NCBI GenBank assembly: GCA_045562575.1
Contig: JBJKVQ010000021.1
Location: 2,463 to 66,462 of the forward strand
Source: Dehalococcoidia bacterium
GTDB lineage: Bacteria; Chloroflexota; Dehalococcoidia; Lucifugimonadales; UBA6952
Direction of reading: 5' to 3'
Length of the DNA stretch: 64,000 nt
The notes beneath the pieces are model-generated. The model made no database searches. It worked only from the letters and a program-made list of their open reading frames with translations, and was not told the DNA's origin. A program made the position numbers and the translations under genes. How positions within the stretch are numbered: position 1 is the first letter of the stretch; the number at the start of each line of letters is the position of its first letter. Of the stretch, positions 31,817-41,106 are shown one piece after another.

Positions 31817-31940
31817 CTCCTTTCTGACCTTCGGTACCCCCAGGGAGGGGTCCTTGCCTTACATTAAAAAACCCATGATGTGAAATAGCTTTAATGCCTT
31901 CGGATTAAAAACCCTTGCAAACAATCTCATATCACGAGTC
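31817..31940 (-). ncRNA. Candidate structured cis-regulatory RNA with two repeated GCAAGG/CCGAAGG hairpin units
   Basis: Two hairpins share an AA/GAAG internal loop. The first sits in a roughly 22-bp basal stem followed by U6. Locally GC-rich within an AT-rich intergenic region. Confidence 0.55.
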
Positions 31941-32001
31941 AATAAAAACCGATCCTGAATCTAATGTCAATACTAAAGACCTATATATACTATTATAGAT
32001 T

Positions 32002-32655
32002 TCATAATTTATTTACATTGTCTTCAAGTAATGTAATGTTTTGATGTTTATCTAAATATTTTTGGATTTTTACTTGGATTTCTTGATAATAATTATCAGC
32101 AAAAATATTGTCAGCAGTCATAATTATTGCATCTTCTTGATTATCAGAATAATATCTCTTTCTTCTCCCCACTTCTATCAAATCATATTTGGAATATAAG
32201 TTCTGAGCAATTTCATTCGTCACTCTTACTTCTAAAGTCACTGAATTCATTTTCTTTTTAAAAGCTCTTTGAAATGCAGCAATTAAAAGCATTTCACCTA
32301 ATCCCATACGCCTAAACTCATCTCTAGTTGCTATAGAAGTAATATGAGATTCATCAAGTGAATACCATATCCCAATATAGCCAACTATAATTGAATCTTT
32401 GGGGACAGATATTTTTGAAGAAAATAAATTCTGTAATTTTTTTAAGGATTTTTTTATAAATGAAGTATTCAAATTAATTTGAGGATAAACTACTTCATCA
32501 TCTAACTTACAATTTATTACAAAATATTCAGTCAATTTGTTATCGAGTTCTCGTTTAAAAGGTATAGGGGGCCACATAGTAGGAAAGGCTTGCCGCTCAA
32601 TTACTGCGACTTCAGAAATATCATTATTTTTCATTAATCTTACTGAAAAATTCAT
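32002..32655 (-). CDS. rimI: Ribosomal-protein-alanine N-acetyltransferase (GNAT)
   Basis: HITSIA....RRMGLG, TLEVRVTN..AQNLY, RKRYYSDNQEDAIIM. Confidence 0.9.
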   Translation of the reverse strand: MNFSVRLMKNNDISEVAVIERQAFPTMWPPIPFKRELDNKLTEYFVINCKLDDEVVYPQINLNTSFIKKSLKKLQNLFSSKISVPKDSIIVGYIGIWYSLDESHITSIATRDEFRRMGLGEMLLIAAFQRAFKKKMNSVTLEVRVTNEIAQNLYSKYDLIEVGRRKRYYSDNQEDAIIMTADNIFADNYYQEIQVKIQKYLDKHQNITLLEDNVNKL

Positions 32656-32801
32656 AATCCCATATGTAATAAAATTTGATCAGATAATTTATTTTATTAA
32701 AAAATAATGGCTGAATGAAAACAAATTGTTGGCAATTTATCACTATTTAAGTAATAATAGCGGAAGAATTTTTATATTTTATACCTTGAACGTATACTTT
32801 T

Positions 32802-34586
32802 ATGAACGTATTAATCAGATTAGCCAAAAGAACTGCACCATATAAGCAACGATTACTTTTAGCATATCTTTCCATAATAGGCGTAACTGTTTTTGGATTA
32901 ATGATCCCAAAAATAATAGGAACTGCCATCGATGCTGTAATTACTTCTGGTTCAGCACAAGGCTTGTGGCTTTTAGCTGCAGGGATAATATTGGTCAATA
33001 TTTTTCGTGGCCTCATGGCTTATGGCCAAACGTACTTTGGTGAATCACTTGGTCAACAAGTAGCATATGACCTTAGAAATGAGTTTTATACTCATTTACA
33101 AACCCTAAATTTTGATTTCCATGATAAACATCAAACAGGTAATTTAATGTCCAGAGCCACATCTGATATTGAAGGAATTCGAATGTTTGTACAAGGAGGT
33201 ATGATACGATCATTTTTCTGTATTAGTTTAATAATTGGTGTCATGATTCTGATCGTTTTATTAGATTGGAAATTAAGCTTATATTGCTTAGTGTTTGTTC
33301 CTTTTATTATATGGAGAGGAAGTAAATTCATTTTAGCTCAAAGAAAAAAATGGTTCCTTGTCCAAGTAGCAATGGGGCATATGACTACTATCCTTCAAGA
33401 AAATTTATCTGGACAAAAAGTAGTAAAAGCATTTGGAGCTGAAGACTTTGAAGAAAAACGATTTCTTAACCGAACCAGCGAGGTTGCAGAACATGCTTAT
33501 GAAGCTGCTGCACTACAGGCTAATAATGCTGGAATGATGACGTTTTTCTATATGGCTAGTACTGCTCTAATCTTATGGATTGGAGGTACTGAGGTTGTTG
33601 ACGGGAATATGACTGCAGGAGAACTTGCTCAATTCATATTATATCTTGGGATGTTAGCAATGCCTGTAAGAATTGCTGCCTGGGTAACTAATTCTTTTTC
33701 CCGAGGACTCTCTGCTGGAACTCGTATATTTGAAATATTAGATAGCGACCCATCGATTTTCAATCACAATAATGCAGATGGAACAACTAATATTAAAGGT
33801 GAAGTTAAATTTGAAAATGTTTCATTTTCTCATGAATCAGGAAAAGATATTTTGAAAAATATTGATTTCCGTATTAACCCAGGCGAAACTTTAGGTATTA
33901 TTGGACCTCCAGGAAGCGGAAAAACAAGTATTATCAATCTGATTCCACGATTTTATGAACCCACCAATGGTAAAGTAACTATAGACAATATATCTGTAGA
34001 TGCGTTTGAATTAATAAATTTACGAAAAAATATTGGTTTAATTCACCAAGATGTTTTCTTATTCACTGATAGTATTAGGGAAAATATAGCCTATGGTAAT
34101 CCTAATATTTCTTTAGAAGAAATAGAAAAAGTTTCCAAAATTGCCCAGATTCATGACTTTATTATGACTCTCCCACATCAATACGACACTGTTGTTGGCG
34201 AAAGAGGAAGTACCTTATCTGGGGGACAAAGACAAAGAATTTCTATCGCCAGAGCACTGCTGATTGATCCACCAATATTAATAATTGATGATGCTACTTC
34301 TAGTGTTGATACAATCACAGAAAAATATATCCAAGCTCAATTAGAAAAAATTTCCCAAGATAAGACAACAATTATCATCGCCCACAGAATAAGTTCTGTT
34401 CAGAATGCAGATCATATTATTGTCTTAAATAATGGATTAATTGAACAAAAAGGTAATCATACAAAGTTGACCCAAGAAGAAGGTATTTATAAAGAACTTT
34501 ACAACTTACAAATAGCTGAAAACCAACCAGATCAACCTTATATCCAAAATAATATATCCTTGAAAGAAGATAGTAATCATGCTTAA
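32802..34586 (+). CDS. ABC exporter (TMD-NBD fusion), subunit with degenerate Walker B
   Basis: Six-TM domain, GPPGSGKT, LSGGQRQR, IIDDATS. Confidence 0.95.
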   Translation: MNVLIRLAKRTAPYKQRLLLAYLSIIGVTVFGLMIPKIIGTAIDAVITSGSAQGLWLLAAGIILVNIFRGLMAYGQTYFGESLGQQVAYDLRNEFYTHLQTLNFDFHDKHQTGNLMSRATSDIEGIRMFVQGGMIRSFFCISLIIGVMILIVLLDWKLSLYCLVFVPFIIWRGSKFILAQRKKWFLVQVAMGHMTTILQENLSGQKVVKAFGAEDFEEKRFLNRTSEVAEHAYEAAALQANNAGMMTFFYMASTALILWIGGTEVVDGNMTAGELAQFILYLGMLAMPVRIAAWVTNSFSRGLSAGTRIFEILDSDPSIFNHNNADGTTNIKGEVKFENVSFSHESGKDILKNIDFRINPGETLGIIGPPGSGKTSIINLIPRFYEPTNGKVTIDNISVDAFELINLRKNIGLIHQDVFLFTDSIRENIAYGNPNISLEEIEKVSKIAQIHDFIMTLPHQYDTVVGERGSTLSGGQRQRISIARALLIDPPILIIDDATSSVDTITEKYIQAQLEKISQDKTTIIIAHRISSVQNADHIIVLNNGLIEQKGNHTKLTQEEGIYKELYNLQIAENQPDQPYIQNNISLKEDSNHA

Positions 34587-36369
34587 TAAACGAACTGCAG
34601 CATGGACTACTCTGAATGAAGAAGAAATTGGTGCTGTATGGGATTTTGGAGCTGCAAAAAAGCTTTTTCCTTTTCTTAGAGGAAAGTTCATTGTTTTTAG
34701 TTTAGCCATGGTAATGATGGTATTTTACACTTTGACTATAGTTGCTTTACCAAGAATCATAGGATATGTCACAGATGCTTTCATCCTGACCCAAGATAAA
34801 TCTAGTTTAAATCAATGGGGTATAGCTTTATTTGCAGTTGTAACTATTAATTATGTAGCAAATGTTAGTTATCTGAAGTTATTAGCACAAGCTTCTCAAC
34901 ACGTACTTCTTAATCTAAGAATGAAAATGTTCGATCACTTACAAAATCTATCCATTCCATTTTTCGATAAAAACGAAGTGGGTAGAATAATGAGTCGTAT
35001 TCAAAATGATGTAAATCAATTACAAGAATTTTTCCCTATGTTGGCCTTAACTCTTGGTGATCTTCTTAGTGTAGTAGGTATAACAATTGTTATGTTATTA
35101 ATGAATGTTAAATTAGCTCTATATTGTTTTATCGTAATTCCATTCTTGTTATTTATCATTGCTCTCTGGCAAACGAGAGCAAAAGCAGCATTTGTGAAAG
35201 TAAGGCAGGCAATATCAGTCGTTAATTCAAGACTTCAACAAAACATTTCTGGGGTACGTATTGTACAAAGTTTCAATAGAGAGGAAAGAAATGCAATAAT
35301 TTTCGATGGGGTAAATGATGACCATTTACAAGCAAATATTAAAGCTATTAAATTATCATCTGCTTTAATGCCAACCGTGGAACTTGTTACAGCAATATCT
35401 TTAAGCTTAGTAATAATTATTGGCGGCAATATGGTACTTGGTGAAGAATTACAATTAGGCGAATTAATTGCATTTACCCTTTATGTACAAAGATTTTTTG
35501 AACCAATAAGAAGTTTAACAATGCAATATACAGAATTTCAAAGAACTACCACATCTGCAGTAAGAATTTTTGAATTGCTTAGTGTTGAACCCGAAGTCAT
35601 TTATCAAGAATCTATAAAATCAAATAGTAAAATTGAAAAATCAGGTAAATTGAAATTTGATAACGTCACTATGGAATATACAAAGGATCGGTTTGCATTA
35701 AGAAACCTAGATCTAACTATTGAATCAGGAGAAATGATAGCCTTAGTGGGTCCAACTGGAGCTGGTAAAACAACAATAGCTTCACTAGCTGCAAGATTTT
35801 ATGACCCGACTGAAGGAAATGTATTCATTGATGGATTAAATTTAAAAGAACTTCCCAGAGAATATTTAAGACAACGTTTGGGTATGGTTTTACAAGAACC
35901 ATTTTTATATTCATTAACTGTTGCTGATAATATTAAATATAATAAAAATAATGCATCTATGGAAGATATAATTAAAGCAAGTAAACTTGCAGGTGGTCAT
36001 GAATTTATTAGTGAATTAAGTGAAGGTTACAATACAATTTTACATGAACGCGGAATGAATCTTAGTTTAGGACAAAGGCAATTGATTAGTTTTGCAAGAG
36101 TATTATTAGCAGATCCAGAAATACTTATACTGGATGAAGCTACAGCGAATGTAGATACTTTTACAGAAATAAAAATACAGAAAGCATTAACTACTTTGCT
36201 CGACAATCGCACATCTATTGTTATAGCTCACCGACTATCGACAATACGAAATGCAGATAGAATAATTGTGATGGACCAGGGAAAGATTTTGGCATCTGGT
36301 AGTCATGATGAACTAATGAATTCAAGTGAATTTTATCAAAATTTATATAATTTAAACTTCACTGAGTAA
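34579..36369 (+). CDS. ABC exporter (TMD-NBD fusion), partner subunit
   Basis: GPTGAGKT, LSLGQRQL, ILDEATA, IAHRLSTI; overlaps the upstream subunit by 8 nt. Confidence 0.95.
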   Translation: MLNKRTAAWTTLNEEEIGAVWDFGAAKKLFPFLRGKFIVFSLAMVMMVFYTLTIVALPRIIGYVTDAFILTQDKSSLNQWGIALFAVVTINYVANVSYLKLLAQASQHVLLNLRMKMFDHLQNLSIPFFDKNEVGRIMSRIQNDVNQLQEFFPMLALTLGDLLSVVGITIVMLLMNVKLALYCFIVIPFLLFIIALWQTRAKAAFVKVRQAISVVNSRLQQNISGVRIVQSFNREERNAIIFDGVNDDHLQANIKAIKLSSALMPTVELVTAISLSLVIIIGGNMVLGEELQLGELIAFTLYVQRFFEPIRSLTMQYTEFQRTTTSAVRIFELLSVEPEVIYQESIKSNSKIEKSGKLKFDNVTMEYTKDRFALRNLDLTIESGEMIALVGPTGAGKTTIASLAARFYDPTEGNVFIDGLNLKELPREYLRQRLGMVLQEPFLYSLTVADNIKYNKNNASMEDIIKASKLAGGHEFISELSEGYNTILHERGMNLSLGQRQLISFARVLLADPEILILDEATANVDTFTEIKIQKALTTLLDNRTSIVIAHRLSTIRNADRIIVMDQGKILASGSHDELMNSSEFYQNLYNLNFTE

Positions 36370-36984
36370 TTAATATAATCGCAACCTATATTGGTGCATA
36401 CCCTTAAGTAATACTAGTATTGCGCACAACGCTACAGCAAATAAACCTTGTAAATCTGGATAACTATATTTAAAGTCCATAAGAACATATTGATATCTAG
36501 TTATTGAAGCAAAAACTATGAGAAGTATAAACAAAGCACCTACAACAGCAAATGCTTTGGTTTTGAGAATAAGAATTAAAACAATAGGAAATAGTATTAA
36601 AAATGCTAAAGGATTAATTGCACAGGAAACACCAATACATTTCGCCAAACCTGTTCCACCCTGGAATTTAAAGTAAACGGGGAAAAAGGTGCCTAAGAGT
36701 ATGAAACTTGGCAAAGTAATAATTAAGAATGTTTTAAATCCTTCTAAATTACTTGCCAAATAAATTCCAATTGTAAATATAATAAATCCAGTAAAAACAT
36801 CACCCAGAAAAACTAGAAACCCACCGGTTAAGCCGAATTCTCTTGAAAAATTTGCAGTTCCTGGATTATTTGTACCAAAATCTCTAATTTCTTTTTTATA
36901 AAATTTTGTAATGATATTTGCCCATACTAATGAACCACCTAAGTAAGCAAATAAAATCAATAATATAATATTTAGTATATCCAC
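36370..36984 (-). CDS. plsY: Glycerol-3-phosphate acyltransferase PlsY family (divergent)
   Basis: AYLGGS, IR..GTNNPGTAN..R, FPVYFKFQGGTG; multiple TM segments. Confidence 0.75.
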   Translation of the reverse strand: MDILNIILLILFAYLGGSLVWANIITKFYKKEIRDFGTNNPGTANFSREFGLTGGFLVFLGDVFTGFIIFTIGIYLASNLEGFKTFLIITLPSFILLGTFFPVYFKFQGGTGLAKCIGVSCAINPLAFLILFPIVLILILKTKAFAVVGALFILLIVFASITRYQYVLMDFKYSYPDLQGLFAVALCAILVLLKGMHQYRLRLY

Positions 36985-37006
36985 TACTCCTCCTAAATAT
37001 ATTTCA

Positions 37007-38263
37007 CTATATTATCTTGTTTGCTTTCAACTTCTCAATATCACTAGCAGTGAAATTCAACATATGTTTATAAATTTCATTGTTATCTTGACCTAACTGC
37101 GGTGTAGGGGCATGAATTCTCCAAGGAGTTTTATTGAAAATATATGGAGCACCTGGAAAATATAAAGGAGTATCTTCATTTTCGCTACTGATATCAACAA
37201 AAAATCCTCTTTCCCAAAAGTGGTTATCTGCCACATTATCCTCAGGAGACCGTACTAATCCCCAAGGCAACCCAATAGATTGAGCCCTATTAAACACATA
37301 TTCTGTATCTAAGGAATTAATTAAGTGGCCAATATAACTAAATAGGGTAAACATTAGATTAGGCTCTCTATTTCTAATAGTTACCATCTCTTCATACTTA
37401 GGTGTTAATAATTCAGATGCGTCTTGTGATTCTTGAATCCATTCTAATAACATTACCCATCTCTTCAAATCCTGTGGAGGAGTTCCAAATACATGAATCA
37501 TTCCACCATCTTTACATTTATAGATTGCTGGAGGGGTAGGATTAATACTATGATGACGACCCGTTTGTCGTAGTGGTACAGCATTTTGATAAATATACAT
37601 AGGTAAAGCAGCTTCTGTAGATGAAGAGATTGCTTCATGAATTGAGACATCTATATATTGTCCTTCATTAGTCATATCTCGGTATAATAAAGCAACTAAT
37701 GTGCTAATTGTTGCATAATGTGATCCAGTATAATATCCAGCCCAACCATCAGGACACATAGGCGGATTACCAGGTAAATGATCATATCCACAACTAGCAA
37801 CTGGACCACCAAGAGAAAGAGCAACTAAATCAGTTGTTTTATAGTTTGAATAAGGTCCAGTTTTTCCAAAACCCGTTATGGCTGTCCAAATTAATCTACT
37901 ATTTCTCTTATAAATCTCTTCATAAGTTAAGCCCAATTTTTCCAGATAATTATTATCAAAAGATTCTAAAAGTATATCTGCTTTTACGCATAATTCTTTT
38001 AATATTTTTATCCCTTTTTCTGTAGAGATATCTAAGGTAATACTTTTTTTACTAGTATTATGATACCAATCATACAGGCTGGATTCTTCAGTAACGTTGT
38101 CCATAAAAAACGGCCCTATCAATCGTGTTTTATTACCAGATAAAGGCTCGATTCTGATTACAGTTGCTCCCATATCCGCAAGTAATTTTCCCGTATAGAC
38201 ACCTTTTTCGTCAGTGAGATCTAGAACTACAACATCATTGAGAGCATAAGCCTGATTAATCAA
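37007..38263 (-). CDS. Family III CoA-transferase, probable non-catalytic subunit
   Basis: LLADMGATVIRIEP, NTSKKSITLD, ITGFGKTGPY; Asp position replaced (WAGYYTGS). Confidence 0.9.
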   Translation of the reverse strand: MINQAYALNDVVVLDLTDEKGVYTGKLLADMGATVIRIEPLSGNKTRLIGPFFMDNVTEESSLYDWYHNTSKKSITLDISTEKGIKILKELCVKADILLESFDNNYLEKLGLTYEEIYKRNSRLIWTAITGFGKTGPYSNYKTTDLVALSLGGPVASCGYDHLPGNPPMCPDGWAGYYTGSHYATISTLVALLYRDMTNEGQYIDVSIHEAISSSTEAALPMYIYQNAVPLRQTGRHHSINPTPPAIYKCKDGGMIHVFGTPPQDLKRWVMLLEWIQESQDASELLTPKYEEMVTIRNREPNLMFTLFSYIGHLINSLDTEYVFNRAQSIGLPWGLVRSPEDNVADNHFWERGFFVDISSENEDTPLYFPGAPYIFNKTPWRIHAPTPQLGQDNNEIYKHMLNFTASDIEKLKANKII

Positions 38264-39516
38264 AAGACTTCCTCGCTTTCCATTCTGTCTAAGTCTTCTT
38301 GTTTATAACCTAACAAATCAGAAATTATTGATTTACTATCCTGGCCTAATAGTGGAGATGATCTATCCATACGATGGCCTATTCCACTAAATTTTGCAGG
38401 AAAGCCATCAAATTCATATGTTCCAATTTCAGGGTGTTCGATTTTTTGAAAATAATTTCGCTCTTTCAGTTGAGTATCAGAGGTAACCCTATCTCTTGCA
38501 TTCTGTACAACTCCTGCACTAACACCTTCTTTCTGCAATAAATGCATGAGTTCTACTGCATCCCAATGTTTAAGACACTCTTCCAATTCTTTATCTAAAA
38601 CATCTTGATTTGTAATACGTAATTCATTGGTAATGAATAAATTATTTTTTTGTAAATCAATTCTATTTATCACTTTACAAAAGTTTTCCCATTCAACATC
38701 ATTTGAAACAACTATAGATATCCATCTATCTTCTCCAGAACATCGATAAATATTATGAGGAGCCACAATATCAAATCGTGCTCTATTTCCTGGGGGATTT
38801 TCTGGACGTTTATATTTTCTACCGTTCATTAAATAATCTAACAAATATGTTCCTGTAAGAGCCATGCCTGTTTCTACTTGCGAAATATCAATTGATTGTC
38901 CTTCTCCCATATTATTCCTATGATGTAAAGCTAATAGTAATGCTATTGCTCCATAATACCCAGCTGTATGATCTAAAAATGAATACCCCCAACCAGAAGG
39001 ATATTCATCAGGAATACCTGACATATAAGTTAATCCAGATAGTGCCTGTGCAGTAGGTCCCCACGTTGTGTAATCTTGCTTACTTCCACTATGGCCAAAT
39101 CCTGACAAGCTTAAATAAATTATGTCCGGTTTGATTTTTACCTGTTCCTCATAATTTAATCCCCATCTCTCCAACACTTTTGAACTAAAATTTTCAATCA
39201 ATATATCTGAGACACTAATGAGATTTTTCAAAACATCCATTCCGTCGGGATGCATAACATTGAGACTAAGTGAAGATTTATTGCGATTTAAATTATTAAA
39301 AAACCCACTACGATTTATACCAGATATACCATCTGCAAATGGTGGTGCTCCTCTAATGTAATCTGGAGATTCTTTATACTCAACTTTTATAACTTCGGCA
39401 CCTAAATCTGCAAAAATCCTCGTTGTTTGAGGACCAGCAACTATCCATGTTAAATCAACTATTCTTATACCTGATAATGGTAGTGGTTGACCTTTATCAT
39501 TATGGTTAAAAATCAT
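38260..39516 (-). CDS. Family III CoA-transferase, catalytic-type subunit
   Basis: AGP...R.FADLGAEVIKVE, NRNKSS, ENFS, SGFG; catalytic Asp retained (SFLDHTAG). Confidence 0.92.
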   Translation of the reverse strand: MIFNHNDKGQPLPLSGIRIVDLTWIVAGPQTTRIFADLGAEVIKVEYKESPDYIRGAPPFADGISGINRSGFFNNLNRNKSSLSLNVMHPDGMDVLKNLISVSDILIENFSSKVLERWGLNYEEQVKIKPDIIYLSLSGFGHSGSKQDYTTWGPTAQALSGLTYMSGIPDEYPSGWGYSFLDHTAGYYGAIALLLALHHRNNMGEGQSIDISQVETGMALTGTYLLDYLMNGRKYKRPENPPGNRARFDIVAPHNIYRCSGEDRWISIVVSNDVEWENFCKVINRIDLQKNNLFITNELRITNQDVLDKELEECLKHWDAVELMHLLQKEGVSAGVVQNARDRVTSDTQLKERNYFQKIEHPEIGTYEFDGFPAKFSGIGHRMDRSSPLLGQDSKSIISDLLGYKQEDLDRMESEEVF

Positions 39517-40316
39517 ACACTACCCTTCCATTGAGGACTTCTTTTTTCTACAAAAGCACTCATTCCTTCTAATCTATCGGGAGATGCCATATGCAAGTCT
39601 ATCCAATAATATGTTTTGTTAAACGCAGCTTCTAGAGGTAAGTCGAACCCAAGAGTTGAGGCTTCTTTCGTTCCCTGTATCGCTAATGGAGCACATTTGA
39701 TAATATCTGAAGCCCATTCTGATACTACAGAATATAAATTATCTAAAGTACATACTTGATTAACTAAACCATAACCAAAAGCATCCTGGGCAGAAAGTCT
39801 TCTTGCTGTAAGCATCATACCCATAGCAACCTTATATGGTATTTGTCTTGGTAATCTATGCATACCTCCAGCTCCTGCAACTAATCCTACAGTCGGTTCT
39901 GGTAAACCAAATTGTGCATGATCTGCTGCAACAATAATGTCACATGCTAAGGCAAGTTCAAATCCACCTCCCAAAGCAAATCCATTTACTGCTGCAATTA
40001 ATGGTTTTGACATTCTATATCGAGGATTCGTTATACCGCCAAATCCTCCCAATGGCATATTCCCTAATTTATTATGATCTAATCCTTTTTTTGCCAATTC
40101 GGTGGAAAATTTTAAGTCATTACCTGCACTAAATGACTTATCGCCAGCACCTGTTAAAACCGCTACTCTAATATCTGGATCTTTATCAATTAAATTCCAA
40201 ATATTAAAAAGCTCAACATGTGCGGGTTGATGTAAGGCATTTCTTACTTCTTCTCTATTTATCGTCACCCATGCTACTTGATCTTTAACCTCAAATTTCA
40301 CATATTCATAGCTCAT
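39513..40316 (-). CDS. Enoyl-CoA hydratase/isomerase (crotonase, CaiD-like)
   Basis: FSAGNDLK, AAVNGFALGGGFELALACD, FGLPEP.VG (both catalytic Glu present). Confidence 0.93.
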   Translation of the reverse strand: MSYEYVKFEVKDQVAWVTINREEVRNALHQPAHVELFNIWNLIDKDPDIRVAVLTGAGDKSFSAGNDLKFSTELAKKGLDHNKLGNMPLGGFGGITNPRYRMSKPLIAAVNGFALGGGFELALACDIIVAADHAQFGLPEPTVGLVAGAGGMHRLPRQIPYKVAMGMMLTARRLSAQDAFGYGLVNQVCTLDNLYSVVSEWASDIIKCAPLAIQGTKEASTLGFDLPLEAAFNKTYYWIDLHMASPDRLEGMSAFVEKRSPQWKGSV

Positions 40317-40341
40317 AGTTCCTCCTCAAATTGGTCATTAT

Positions 40342-41091
40342 TTAATATGTTGCTCTTCCTCCACTAATATCAAAAACAGCTCCTGTACTGAATGAACATT
40401 CTGAGGATGATAACCACGCAACTAAAGCTGCAATTTCAGTTATTTCTCCTGTTCTACCAACTGGAATTTTATCGACCATATATTTCACTTGATCTGGTGT
40501 GAATTGATCAAGAATTCTCGTTTGTACAACTGCAGGGGTAATACAATTAGCTAACACCCCTGTCCCAGCTAGTTCTTTACCTACTGACTTGGTTAAGCCT
40601 ATAACAGCTGATTTTGTAGCAGAATAAGGTACCATGCGTGGATTACCTTCTTTGCCAGCAATGGACGCTATATTAACTATTCGCCCATAATCTTTTTCAA
40701 TCATATGAGGTATTACTTCATGACAAAAAGAAAAAACCCCTCTAAAATTTGTTCTGTAAACTCTATCTAGTTCTTCAACATCTAGTTCCCAGATATTACC
40801 ATTTTTACCTCCAATACCAGCATTATTAACAAGTATGTCTATTCTTCCCCACTTGTCTAATGCTTTCCTAACCGCTTCTTGAGCAGTCTCTGGATTAGCA
40901 ACATCACCTATACATATTTCTAAATCTACTCCATTTGCAGCCAGCTCAGTCCCCGATTGTTCTGCCAAATCTGCATCAAAATCAACCATAACAATATTTG
41001 CACCATCATCTGAAAGCCTCTTAGCTATACCGTAGCCAATTCCAGTAGCGGAACCTGTTACAATAGCTACTTGCCCATCCAGATTACCCAT
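40342..41091 (-). CDS. Short-chain dehydrogenase/reductase
   Basis: TGSATGIG, NNAG, YSATK, FSTGAVFDISGGRATY. Confidence 0.93.
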   Translation of the reverse strand: MGNLDGQVAIVTGSATGIGYGIAKRLSDDGANIVMVDFDADLAEQSGTELAANGVDLEICIGDVANPETAQEAVRKALDKWGRIDILVNNAGIGGKNGNIWELDVEELDRVYRTNFRGVFSFCHEVIPHMIEKDYGRIVNIASIAGKEGNPRMVPYSATKSAVIGLTKSVGKELAGTGVLANCITPAVVQTRILDQFTPDQVKYMVDKIPVGRTGEITEIAALVAWLSSSECSFSTGAVFDISGGRATY

Positions 41092-41106
41092 ATTTCCCCC
41101 TTAGGT

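Noticed and set aside
31817-31940. Glycine riboswitch (tandem CCGAAG motifs), SRP RNA or 6S RNA
   Set aside because: Lacks the GGAGA and CUCAGG elements of glycine aptamers and the SRP CAGG...GGAA...AGCAG core. It does not form the single long rod with central bubble of 6S. Kept as an unknown motif pending an Rfam scan.
14691-39516. Other TGA-terminated genes as further recoding candidates (fabI, 15551 ORF, rimI, CoA-transferases, crotonase)
   Set aside because: The recognisable proteins are complete at the TGA, which either overlaps the next start codon or is followed shortly by another in-frame stop.
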